Shown one piece after another: positions 32,969 through 41,861 of a stretch of 64,000 nt of DNA. Every line of letters starts with the position of its first letter. Position 1 is the first letter of the stretch. A program made the translations under genes and the position numbers. The notes under the pieces are model-generated. The model made no database searches, was not told the DNA's origin, and worked only from the letters and a program-made list of their open reading frames with translations. Source of the DNA: a candidate division FCPU426 bacterium (lineage in GTDB: Bacteria > Oederibacteriota > Muellerivitia > Muellerivitales > Muellerivitaceae); assembly GCA_963771075.1 (NCBI GenBank), contig CAVYSE010000009.1, positions 79,383-143,382 of the forward strand. The letters are read 5' to 3'.

Positions 32969-33704
32969 ATCTTCCCCCGTCCACATCCAGGACTTGACCG
33001 GTCACGAAGGGATGGTGGGCCAGGAAAAGAACCGCCGCGGCAATATCCTCCGGGCGGCCCACCCTTTTCAAAGAGGTTTTTCTTAAAATTTCATGTTGAC
33101 GCTTCTGAGTATAGGACTTGGGAAACACGATAGCGCCCGGCGAAACCGCGTTGACCCGGACATCCGGCCCCATTTCCCGGGCCATGAATCGGGTCAATCC
33201 CACCAAAGCGGCTTTGGAAGCGCAATATGCGGAATGATCCTTCAAGATGGGATGGGTTCCATAGATATCCGTGATATGGACGATCACTCCCTTGGCTCGT
33301 CGAAGCCAGGGATAGGCCGCCTCTGATAGGAAATAGGGAGAAATCGTATTTACCCGAATGATATTCTCCCAGACTTCCATTTGCGACCTTCCCAATGGGG
33401 TAGGTTTGAAAAGCGATGCGTTATTGACGAGGGCGTTCAACCTTCCCCATCGTCGGATCACCCGACGCACCATAAGCCCCGCCTCTTTGGGACGGTTCAG
33501 GTCACAAGCGAAGGGAAAGGCCTCCGCGCCCTCTTGTTGAAGCGTCCTACATAAAGCTTCGGCTCTTTGTTTGGACCGTTGGTAATGAATGGCAACCGCC
33601 CCGCCCTCCAGAACGATTTGACGGGAGATGGCCTGCCCGATAGGACTGGCGCCGCCAGTCACGAGAAAAACGGGGGGAGATGATTTGGTTTTGGTCAGCG
33701 TCAT
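32958..33704 (-). CDS. pteridine-reductase/FolM-like short-chain dehydrogenase
   Basis: TGGASPIG, AIHYQRS, VNNASLF.PT, HITD, YCASK, VNAVSPG, VTGQVLDVDGGR; next to folB-folK. Confidence 0.8.
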   Translation of the reverse strand: MTLTKTKSSPPVFLVTGGASPIGQAISRQIVLEGGAVAIHYQRSKQRAEALCRTLQQEGAEAFPFACDLNRPKEAGLMVRRVIRRWGRLNALVNNASLFKPTPLGRSQMEVWENIIRVNTISPYFLSEAAYPWLRRAKGVIVHITDIYGTHPILKDHSAYCASKAALVGLTRFMAREMGPDVRVNAVSPGAIVFPKSYTQKRQHEILRKTSLKRVGRPEDIAAAVLFLAHHPFVTGQVLDVDGGRFSG

Positions 33705-33741
33705 AGGTGAATTTTAGCAAGACAAGAGCGGGAAACAAACC

Positions 33742-34542
33742 TCAAGATTCTTCCCGCAGGTTCGATAGGGTTTTCGTGAGGACCGGGATGAATTTCCAAT
33801 ACCAGCTGGTTAAATGGACCCCCGGAGTCTCGGGATGGCTTTGGCTGTAGAGTTTATGGGCCGATTCCCAAAGGATTGATCCCGGGCCGTTGCGGCGAAG
33901 ATTTTTCTGAAATTCTCTTAAAAGAGCGGGTGGCCGGATTTCCGAGAAATCATTTAAGGCTTCCATTTGTAAATCATCATTCAAAACCAATAGATCCATG
34001 ATCAAGGCCAGCGATTTCGCGCACTCGAATATTTTTTCCGGGCCAGTTTGGGGTCCGGTTTTGAGTTCCAGTCCCTCCGAGAGGATGAATCGGCCCACTT
34101 GGGGGATTTTCACTTCATAGGAGGAATCTAAATATTTCACCTCCACGGCATGCGGATTTTCCAACAACAGCTGTGCCTTTCGGCTCGGCTGGGCCGCCAA
34201 ACCGGACCGAGGCGCTTTTTGTCTGGGTTTGTGCGGGGGAAAAACGAATCGCAAATATCCCAGGTCTCCCCGAAAATAGAGGGAATCGGAATAAACTTTC
34301 TCATCCGAGATATGCCGCTTGTGAAAACCCCGACCAATCAAGTGCTGGTGAAGGCTCCGGCCAAAAGTACCGCCGCCCTTTTCCATGCCGAAAACGGTTT
34401 GGGCTTGGATGGAAGGAACGAGTGTTTTTCCCATAAGCGACAGGTGATAGAGCTCGGCCGCCTTTTCTTCCAATAAAACCAAATGAGGGAGAAAGGGTTT
34501 TAGCCAAGGCAGCCAGGAAGCGATAGTGGCGGTCGCCCGCAT
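33742..34542 (-). CDS. hypothetical protein, possible degenerate nucleotidyltransferase fold
   Basis: 266-aa ORF with AGGAGA RBS; LKPFLPHLVL..A.LY and LLLENP...VKIP..GRFIL segments. Confidence 0.6.
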   Translation of the reverse strand: MRATATIASWLPWLKPFLPHLVLLEEKAAELYHLSLMGKTLVPSIQAQTVFGMEKGGGTFGRSLHQHLIGRGFHKRHISDEKVYSDSLYFRGDLGYLRFVFPPHKPRQKAPRSGLAAQPSRKAQLLLENPHAVEVKYLDSSYEVKIPQVGRFILSEGLELKTGPQTGPEKIFECAKSLALIMDLLVLNDDLQMEALNDFSEIRPPALLREFQKNLRRNGPGSILWESAHKLYSQSHPETPGVHLTSWYWKFIPVLTKTLSNLREES

Positions 34543-34594
34543 TTTTTCTCCTGTCCAACGATGTCCAGGTCTTAGTTATTCAAAAATCTGCTTT

Positions 34595-34831
34595 TTATTC
34601 CCGGACTTGAAAACCCTTTCGCTCAAGGAGGCTGCGGATTTTGCCCCGGGCATCCCCCTGGATTTCCAAAACCATTCCCTTCACGGTTCCTCCTGCACCA
34701 CAATGCCGCTTCAAGTATCCCACCAATTCTTCCAGTTCTTCTTGTCGACGTGTAAAACCCCGGATCATGGTCATCTTTTTACCTGAACGGCCCTGGGTTT
34801 CCAACGCCATTTTCAAGTTTTCCATGATCAA
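34595..34831 (-). CDS. yciH: SUI1/eIF1-family translation factor (YciH-like)
   Basis: GRSGKKMTMI.G, LKRHCGAGGTVK, LEIQGD. Confidence 0.88.
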   Translation of the reverse strand: MIMENLKMALETQGRSGKKMTMIRGFTRRQEELEELVGYLKRHCGAGGTVKGMVLEIQGDARGKIRSLLERKGFQVRE

Positions 34832-34837
34832 TTCCCC

Positions 34838-34874
34838 AAAAAAAAAGCCACCCAGAAAACGGGGTGACTTTTTT
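34838..34874 (-). terminator. intrinsic terminator after the tRNA-Leu/fMet pair
   Basis: minus strand AAGTCACCC-CGTTTTCT-GGGTGGCTT followed by a T tract. Confidence 0.75.
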
Positions 34875-34879
34875 GATTT

Positions 34880-34956
<77 letters not shown>

Positions 34957-35004
34957 TCTTTTTGGCGCTACCAAGCGCCGGGACCGACAAATTTTTATCA
35001 CAAT

Positions 35005-35092
35005 TGGTGCCGAGACCCGGAATCGAACCGGGACGGGCTTTAGGCCCGAGGGATTTTAAGTCCCTTGCGTCTGCCAGTTCCGCCATCTCGGC
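35005..35092 (-). tRNA. tRNA-Leu (TAA)
   Basis: GCCGAGATGGCGGAACTGGCAGACGC-AAGGGA-CTTAAAA-TCCCT, long variable arm, GGTTCGATTCC, CCA end. Confidence 0.96.
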
Positions 35093-35195
35093 CTGCGGCC
35101 CAATTCCATCAACACCTGATCCACTCAATTAAGGTGAATGGACATCCAAGGCCATTCAAGTAAAAAGATGAATCAGACTGTTGAAAAGGAGGTTC

Positions 35196-35224
35196 AGGAT
35201 AACTTTACGGCATAAGGAAGTCAA
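35196..35224 (-). promoter_or_regulatory. sigma70 promoter for the tRNA-Leu/tRNA-fMet operon
   Basis: TTGACT-N17-TATCCT. Confidence 0.6.
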
Positions 35225-35243
35225 CCGGATTGGTTTTGTTTCC

Positions 35244-35531
35244 CTAATTGGATGGGTTTTTAGAAAATTTGTAGATAACTTCCCCTGGCCGCACAAGATT
35301 GAGCTCTTCCCTGGCTTGTTTCTCCAAAATGGCCGGATTTTTATCCACCGCGGAAACTTCCTCTTGATATCGAGAAATATCGGTTTGGAGCTGATGAATT
35401 TGTTTCGTCAAGATTTGCTTTTCTTGTTGCAACTCATAAAGCCGCCACAAACCTCTGTTTCCTGTCACCACCAGGTAAAGAATGATGAATGCCACCATTA
35501 ACGGACCCCAATGCTTGGATAAAGCTTTCAT
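35244..35531 (-). CDS. ftsB: septum formation initiator (FtsB/DivIC family)
   Basis: TM, GNRGL, coiled coil, LEKQAREELNLVRPGEVIY. Confidence 0.85.
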   Translation of the reverse strand: MKALSKHWGPLMVAFIILYLVVTGNRGLWRLYELQQEKQILTKQIHQLQTDISRYQEEVSAVDKNPAILEKQAREELNLVRPGEVIYKFSKNPSN

Positions 35532-36367
35532 TGAAACTCCCAGGGTTTCAGAAGCTCTCGCCAGCCTCTTTTTCGTTCTCGTTCGAAAAGTTCCAGTAAA
35601 GGCTCGAGGGGTTGATTGAACAAGGTTATCTTATATTTGAGCAATTCCTTTTCAAGCGCCACGCTGGGAAGGGAGATGATGAAGACCAATCCCAGAAAAA
35701 ACCAACTCACCAAAAAAGTCGACATAAGTAGGGATAATATAAGCAAGCCCAACAGCAAGCCCAATGAAAGAAAACTGTTTCCAAGAACCAGAAAAAAAGA
35801 TTTGGTGACCACCTCGAACACTCCCAGGTCTTGAAAAAAAAGTAGGGGCCATTGGTACATCGCCATCGAATAAAGGTATAGGACGACCCAAAAACTGAAA
35901 CCTTCAAACACATATCCCACTGGCCCCCATGCTCGAATAAGGCCCGGGAAAATCCTGAAATTCCAGTAACACAGAATGGCCATTCCAAGCCAAAGGGCCG
36001 ATAGAATGACCGCCCGGAGGGAATAATATCGCATTCCTTCCCAAAAGTTCCAGAATTGGAACCTTTGTCCCGTGAAAATGCGAAAACAGCCATAGGCCCA
36101 ACCTGTCGAATAGAAAACCCCAAGAAAATAAAGGGTTAATAAGCCTGGAATAATTGGAACTTGGGTAGTTCCAAGCCATCCTGCTTTTTGAAAGGACCAA
36201 GCCAGGAGCATGACCCCTACAAACCAAAGAATGTTGCACAATATTAACAAGCCCAAATGATCGTATAAACGCCAAAACCATGAATGTAATATTTGAGACC
36301 AAGAGGTCAAAACCCGAGGAATTTCCAGAGGAGAGTTTTCTTCTCTATCCACCGTAAGAGGGGGCAC
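35528..36367 (-). CDS. multi-TM hypothetical protein (DUF624/YesL-like)
   Basis: About 6 TM helices; LYDHLGLLILCNILW start; overlaps ftsB start. Confidence 0.6.
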   Translation of the reverse strand: MPPLTVDREENSPLEIPRVLTSWSQILHSWFWRLYDHLGLLILCNILWFVGVMLLAWSFQKAGWLGTTQVPIIPGLLTLYFLGVFYSTGWAYGCFRIFTGQRFQFWNFWEGMRYYSLRAVILSALWLGMAILCYWNFRIFPGLIRAWGPVGYVFEGFSFWVVLYLYSMAMYQWPLLFFQDLGVFEVVTKSFFLVLGNSFLSLGLLLGLLILSLLMSTFLVSWFFLGLVFIISLPSVALEKELLKYKITLFNQPLEPLLELFERERKRGWRELLKPWEFQ

Positions 36368-36372
36368 GTCAA

Positions 36373-36732
36373 TCAGGCGAGTTCTTTCTCAAACTTTGGG
36401 ATGGCTTTTTTCAACTCTAACCGGCCGCGTCCCAGGTTCCCATCCAGGTTGATCGCGAGAGTAACAAAGTAATTTTGCCCTACCATCATCATGATCATCG
36501 TTGCCTTGTCGGTTGTAATTAGGATTTCAGCGGTATTTCCCAGTCCGAAATTCGAGGAAGCCCGCATGGCGTTTTTAATGATACTTGAATACTCCGCCCC
36601 CACCGCATTGATATCGAAAGTCGCATTATGGGATATTTGATCAATCACGATGCCATCCATTCCGACCAAACCAGCCCCGATGGCCCCTTCCACGTTGGAA
36701 ATCGTCTCCTCGAGTATTTTTTTGAAATCCAT
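36373..36732 (-). CDS. roadblock/LC7 domain protein (MglB/MglC-like)
   Basis: VEGAIGAGLVGMDGIVI, GNLGRGRLELKK motifs; 119 aa. Confidence 0.88.
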   Translation of the reverse strand: MDFKKILEETISNVEGAIGAGLVGMDGIVIDQISHNATFDINAVGAEYSSIIKNAMRASSNFGLGNTAEILITTDKATMIMMMVGQNYFVTLAINLDGNLGRGRLELKKAIPKFEKELA

Positions 36733-36788
36733 TGAGTTGTCCTTACGGCCGAAGGAAAATGTTGATCACGTATCGTCTGAGGCTGTAA

Positions 36789-38180
36789 TTATATGTTTTT
36801 TTCGACTTTTTTCACCATTGAATCAATAGAAAACCGCATTAATCCAAGATTGGTTTTTCCATTAGCCAGGATTACAAGTGTAGGGCCGTTAAAATAGACC
36901 AAAAGAATGTGGCCGCTCTCCGAAGTTATCATCAATTGTTGAACTTTGCCTTGTTGTAGAGCATCCACCGCTTGGCGTGAACTTTGTAATAACGGATAAA
37001 TCTGTTTTGATGCTTCGGATTGATAATCCGCCTCTTGGGGGGTAAACAATATTTTCCCTTCAGGGCCCACCCAATATCCCTTCAAGAATCCCTCTACGAC
37101 GTTTAATTCCCTTAAAGCATCCTTCATGGCGATTTTTTTATTATCGTCAAATGACCAGCCGGGGGTCTTATGTTCATTGATAGAAGAATTTACGGCCGAA
37201 CCGGCCTGGGAAATATCTTTAATGGGTTCTTGATTTACGGGGGTGGATGCTTCTTTTACCGGTTCCGAAACAGGTGTTATCAATTCCTTAGCAGATTCAT
37301 GCACGGCGGAGGAGGGGACGCTTTTTTTCTCTTCTACCACCACATCATCCTTTCCACCCCGTCGCATGACTAAAAGGATATCCTCACTGGTGAACTTCGA
37401 ATCATCCTCTTTTTTTGTTTTATGAGGGTTTTTCACCTCCATTTTGGGTTCCTCGACCAGAACATCTTCTTTTTGGTCGGGTGGTTGGGTAAATTCATTT
37501 TTCTTTAATTTCGCCTGGGAAGGTACGACCGCTGATTCCTTTTGTTGCCGCTCAACTGTTTCCGTGAGTTTCTGGCGAAGCATCAGGTTTTGAGGATCAT
37601 CCGCCAAAAGCTCCTGTAAAACCTCAATCGCCTTGTCAAAATGACCTTGTTTGAGGTAAAGCTCAGCGAGTGTTAAAGTTGCGGTACTTTCTTTTACAGT
37701 AGCAGCCTTTGACTCGGGGATATTTTCTTTTTTAGAATCGGTTTGATGGCCTTGGTTTTCACCGGCCGCCTTTTCAATGGCAACCTTTAGTTCTTTTTGC
37801 GCGTCCTCGTCATCTGGGTTAAGGGTTAAAACCTTTTGAAATTCTTCAATTGCGGCCTGGAAATCTTTTTTCTCCAAATAAATAGAACCTAAAAGATTAT
37901 GCGCCAATAGGTTGTCCGGATCAATTTCGAGAACCATCTTGAACTCATCCGCCGCCTCGGTGATCTTACCCTGTTCGCGTAATATACGGCCCAAGACCAC
38001 CTGAGCCAGGGTATAAGATGCGTGTTTTTGAAGGCCTTTTTTGCAAACTTCCAGGGCTTCTTTTAAATTACCATGCCTCCGGTAAGCATCCGCCAAGGGG
38101 GCGAAGACAAGCGAATCCGGATTTTCTTCAAGTTTCTTTTTAAGTTCGGAGATTTCAGGGTTTATGGAATCGTTCGTCAT
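36789..38180 (-). CDS. TPR protein with low-complexity linker and C-terminal roadblock-like domain
   Basis: NPDSLVFAPLADAYR plus TPRs, TLAELYLKQG TPR, C-terminal VEGF....VGPEGKI...TNLGLMRF. Confidence 0.78.
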   Translation of the reverse strand: MTNDSINPEISELKKKLEENPDSLVFAPLADAYRRHGNLKEALEVCKKGLQKHASYTLAQVVLGRILREQGKITEAADEFKMVLEIDPDNLLAHNLLGSIYLEKKDFQAAIEEFQKVLTLNPDDEDAQKELKVAIEKAAGENQGHQTDSKKENIPESKAATVKESTATLTLAELYLKQGHFDKAIEVLQELLADDPQNLMLRQKLTETVERQQKESAVVPSQAKLKKNEFTQPPDQKEDVLVEEPKMEVKNPHKTKKEDDSKFTSEDILLVMRRGGKDDVVVEEKKSVPSSAVHESAKELITPVSEPVKEASTPVNQEPIKDISQAGSAVNSSINEHKTPGWSFDDNKKIAMKDALRELNVVEGFLKGYWVGPEGKILFTPQEADYQSEASKQIYPLLQSSRQAVDALQQGKVQQLMITSESGHILLVYFNGPTLVILANGKTNLGLMRFSIDSMVKKVEKNI

Positions 38181-38183
38181 GGA

Positions 38184-39296
38184 CTAGCTGGACTCGCAAG
38201 CTTCAGCTCTTACCTGTCTTAAAGCTGAAAAGATGGCAGATGAAGGCAAGTTTTTCTGAATGCTAACAAGCCCTATTTTCCTTGTCAATATAAATTGGGG
38301 TTTTCCCCCTTTGGTTTTCTTATCAAGAGCCATTTTCTCATACACGCTATGCAGGTCAAATGGCGTGAGCTTGCGCAAGAGTACCGCTCGCCGTAAAAGC
38401 GACTCTTGTCGATCCATTGTATCTTTATCGCATAAACCCAGCCGATTAGCTAATAAGGCAGCGAACCGCATTCCGACAGCAATCGCCTCCCCGTGGGTGA
38501 TTTTTCCAAACTCGTAGAAGGCCTCTAATGCATGCCCCAAAGTATGCCCATAATTAAGCCAAGCTCGATTGCCCTTTTCCTTTTCGTCCTTGGAAACAAT
38601 CGCAGCCTTTATCTCGGCGGACCGGGTGATGGAGTGTAGGAGGGAAGCGGGTTCCAAACGCAGAATCGCATCAAGTTTTTTTTCCAAATAATTGAAAAAA
38701 CGGGCATCGTAAATAATTCCATATTTAATAATTTCTGCCAATCCCGTTCTAATATTTCTTTCATCCAAAGTGGAAAGAAGACCCGGATCAATCAATACAC
38801 CCTTAGGTTGGTAAAAACTTCCAATCAAGTTTTTGATTCCCCCAAAGTCTATTGCTGTTTTGCCTCCAATACTGGCGTCCACTTGGGAAAGAAGGGTTGT
38901 TGGAACATGCAGCAAGGAAATACCGCGCATATAAATGGATGCCGCGAACCCTCCCAAATCACCTACTACTCCCCCACCCAGAGTTAAAAGGCAGGCGTCC
39001 CGTTGAAACTTCAATTTTCGAAGCTGATCCAGAATGGCAAATAAGGAAACTTTGTTTTTATGAATTTCTCCGTTTGGGATTGAAAATAAATAGGTTGAAA
39101 GATGTTGATTCCCGAACTCTTTCAACAAAGCATTACCATACAATTTTTCAACACGTCTGTCAGTCAAGATCAAGACTTTCGAAGGATTAATATTTCGACG
39201 AATCCAGAATGAAGAAGAATGGAACAATCCTTTCTGGATTAAAATGGTATATTGTTGAGTCGGGGTCGATAATTTGATGGTTTTTCCGTCTTTCAT
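38184..39296 (-). CDS. aroB: 3-dehydroquinate synthase
   Basis: GGGVVGDLGGF, VPTTLLSQVDASIGGKT, NYGHTLGHA, HGEAIA. Confidence 0.96.
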   Translation of the reverse strand: MKDGKTIKLSTPTQQYTILIQKGLFHSSSFWIRRNINPSKVLILTDRRVEKLYGNALLKEFGNQHLSTYLFSIPNGEIHKNKVSLFAILDQLRKLKFQRDACLLTLGGGVVGDLGGFAASIYMRGISLLHVPTTLLSQVDASIGGKTAIDFGGIKNLIGSFYQPKGVLIDPGLLSTLDERNIRTGLAEIIKYGIIYDARFFNYLEKKLDAILRLEPASLLHSITRSAEIKAAIVSKDEKEKGNRAWLNYGHTLGHALEAFYEFGKITHGEAIAVGMRFAALLANRLGLCDKDTMDRQESLLRRAVLLRKLTPFDLHSVYEKMALDKKTKGGKPQFILTRKIGLVSIQKNLPSSAIFSALRQVRAEACESS

Positions 39297-39985
39297 TTTT
39301 TAACCTTGCCTTTATTCCTATGCCGATGAAGCCAAATTATAACCACTGTACAATAGATGAGCAGAAGTTCTCCTCCGACTACCCAAGGAAAGTTCTCTTT
39401 ACCCACCACTGAGGGGCTTGAAATACAAAATAAAATTGCACAAATACCGATCAATCCTGCGATACCTATCGACCTCTTCCGCTCAGAACTCCATTCCGAT
39501 CCAGTCAAAGAATTATCTACCTTGGGAGATAAATTTGCGAACTCTCTTGTGAGTCGAATGATTTGAAGTGCCTTTTCATCTATTTCTTTAATAGCGGGCT
39601 CGCTCATCTCTAAATGACCCCGATAAAATGCTTCCAGCTTATCCATTGTTCCTGAGAATTGATGAAGTTGAAGACGGCATTCATGACCGCGCATCCAAAA
39701 CCAATCCCTCTGAAGAACAGCCAATAATTCCGTATCTACCGATTCCCATTTGGAATCATCAGGTTCACGATTGAAAAGGACAAACTGTAATAAGGCTTTC
39801 TTTTGAGCAACTTCAAGATTGTCAGGGGAGAGTCGAATATATTTATTTAAAAACTCCATTTGTTGAGTAATATTCCCGTTTTTCCCTTGTATTTCAGCGC
39901 CTTCTAATAGCGCCTCGAGTTCCGAAAGACCACAAGAGGAGCAGTGGTCGGCAAATTTATCATGACGACAATGAGGGCAGATCAA
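39293..39985 (-). CDS. hypothetical protein: N-terminal CxxC-x8-CxxC, helical core, two C-terminal TM helices
   Basis: CPHC...CSSC; overlaps aroK stop and aroB start (translational coupling). Confidence 0.6.
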   Translation of the reverse strand: MICPHCRHDKFADHCSSCGLSELEALLEGAEIQGKNGNITQQMEFLNKYIRLSPDNLEVAQKKALLQFVLFNREPDDSKWESVDTELLAVLQRDWFWMRGHECRLQLHQFSGTMDKLEAFYRGHLEMSEPAIKEIDEKALQIIRLTREFANLSPKVDNSLTGSEWSSERKRSIGIAGLIGICAILFCISSPSVVGKENFPWVVGGELLLIYCTVVIIWLHRHRNKGKVKK

Positions 39986-40511
39986 ACGGCTTTACCTTAG
40001 AAAAAGATTTCAATAATTCCATCGCCACTTCCTTTGGTGTTTTCTGATCGGTATCGATGGATTCATGGGCCAAAGCATAAAGAGCTTCTCTTTGTTGTAA
40101 TAATCGCCTCATGTATTCCTTTGGATTTTCTTCTTTCGCCAAGAGGGGTCGTTTAAATAGATGGCTTTCCACTCTTTTATAACTCTGTTCAGGGGAAACT
40201 TTAAGCCAAACACACCAGCCTAATTTCAAAAACGCTTCCCTCATATTCGGGTTTAACCAAGCGCCACCGCCTAAAGATAAAACATGATAATTTCTTAGTC
40301 GAGCCCAGTCGAGCGCTTTCAATTCTTCATTCCGAAAATAACTCTCACCCATTGTTTCAAATATTTCGCTGACGGATTTATTGTTTTTCTCTTCGATCCA
40401 GTGGTCCATATCCCAATAATGGAAGTGTATCAATTGGGCCAGTTCCCTTCCCGTCGTAGTCTTTCCCGAGCCCATAAAACCCAGAAGAATGATATTGGGA
40501 GAGAGTTTCAT
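39960..40511 (-). CDS. aroK: shikimate kinase
   Basis: LGFMGSGKTT, GESYFR, SLGGGA, RPLL. Confidence 0.95.
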   Translation of the reverse strand: MKLSPNIILLGFMGSGKTTTGRELAQLIHFHYWDMDHWIEEKNNKSVSEIFETMGESYFRNEELKALDWARLRNYHVLSLGGGAWLNPNMREAFLKLGWCVWLKVSPEQSYKRVESHLFKRPLLAKEENPKEYMRRLLQQREALYALAHESIDTDQKTPKEVAMELLKSFSKVKPFDLPSLSS

Positions 40512-40516
40512 TTCTA

Positions 40517-41677
40517 TTAGTAATGTTGAAGATGCCGAAGATAAATTTTGTAACGGTCTTGGATTTCCGCCATAAAATCACCGCCCATTTTTTCTAAAAA
40601 TGCATCGGCTAAAACCCAAGAAGTAATAGATTCACCAATCACCGAAGCCGCGGGCAATGCACAGGTGTCAGAACGTTCATAGGCGGCCTTCAATTCCTTT
40701 TTAGTGATTATATCGACGGAACGAAGGGCCTTACGAAGAGTAGATATGGGTTTTTTTGCCACCCGCATAATAATAGGTTCTCCATTCGATATACCACCTT
40801 CCAATCCACCCGCGCGATTAGTCCGATGGTAAAAACCATGCTGTTTGCGATAGGCGATTTCATCGTGTACTTGCGACCCTCGTTTCCCCGAGTTTTCAAA
40901 ACCATGTCCCACTTCCACACCTTTCACTGCTTGCAGACTCATCAGGGCTTGGGCCAATCGCCCGTCAAGTTTCCTGTCCCATTGAACATGACTACCCAAA
41001 CCAACGGGAACACCCGTGGCAACCAATTCAAATACGCCTCCCAGGGTGTCCCCGTTATTTTGCGCCGCGTTAATTAACGCCACTGATTTTTTTGTTCCTG
41101 CGGGATCTAGCATTCGAACCGGGGAAGCATCAGCTTTTTCATTTAATCGGCGATAATCCATTGGGTGAACATGGGAATAAACCGATCCCAATTGGATCAC
41201 ATGACTTTGAACAAGAATTCCAAAGTTGGACAAAAATTGTTTGGCGACCGCGCCTGCAGCAACCCGAACGGTCGTCTCTCGAGCGCTGGCCCTTTCCAAG
41301 ATATTACGAAGGTCACGTTGGTCATATTTCATGCCACCCGGAAGATCCGCGTGGCCAGGCCGGGGTCGGATTAGGGGATTACCTTTTTCGGAATCCTGAG
41401 GTTCCGGCGACATAATTTTTTCCCAATTGGAGTAATCCTTGTTCTTCACAAACAAGGTAATGGGAGACCCTAATGTCATTCCCTTTCGTATTCCGGAAAT
41501 AATTTCAACTTGGTCCTTTTCGATAGCCATCCGGCCACCGCGACCATAACCTTGTTGCCGTCTTGCGAGTTCCTGGTTGATTCCATCCGAGCTAATTTTT
41601 AGGTTCGAGGGGAATCCCTCTAAAATAACAATTAAACCCTTACCATGGGACTCTCCAGCGGTTAAAAAACGAATCAT
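40517..41677 (-). CDS. aroC: chorismate synthase
   Basis: TAGESHG, RRQQGYGRG, PRPGHAD, ERASARET, AGGLEGG, ERSD. Confidence 0.97.
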   Translation of the reverse strand: MIRFLTAGESHGKGLIVILEGFPSNLKISSDGINQELARRQQGYGRGGRMAIEKDQVEIISGIRKGMTLGSPITLFVKNKDYSNWEKIMSPEPQDSEKGNPLIRPRPGHADLPGGMKYDQRDLRNILERASARETTVRVAAGAVAKQFLSNFGILVQSHVIQLGSVYSHVHPMDYRRLNEKADASPVRMLDPAGTKKSVALINAAQNNGDTLGGVFELVATGVPVGLGSHVQWDRKLDGRLAQALMSLQAVKGVEVGHGFENSGKRGSQVHDEIAYRKQHGFYHRTNRAGGLEGGISNGEPIIMRVAKKPISTLRKALRSVDIITKKELKAAYERSDTCALPAASVIGESITSWVLADAFLEKMGGDFMAEIQDRYKIYLRHLQHY

Positions 41678-41702
41678 GGAAACTCCAACAGAATTCTATT
41701 AC

Positions 41703-41814
41703 GTAGATACCCACGGTCTAGCCCCGCGGCCCTAAAACCTAGGTTCAAGAAAATTTTGCTTTCCGCACCTTTGGAACGGTGGCTTTCATCCACGTCTAAA
41801 CTCGTGGAACTCAA
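41703..41814. mobile_element. possible non-autonomous IS200/IS605-type (PATE/REP-like) relic
   Basis: Two related hairpins in direct orientation, CCACGG-TCTAGCC-CCGCGG (41711-41729) and TCCACG-TCTAAACT-CGTGGA (41789-41808), the second followed by ACTCAA. Confidence 0.4.
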
Positions 41815-41861
41815 AGATGGGTATTAGAATAAATTAAAAGAATGATCACTTAAGGTTGGGT

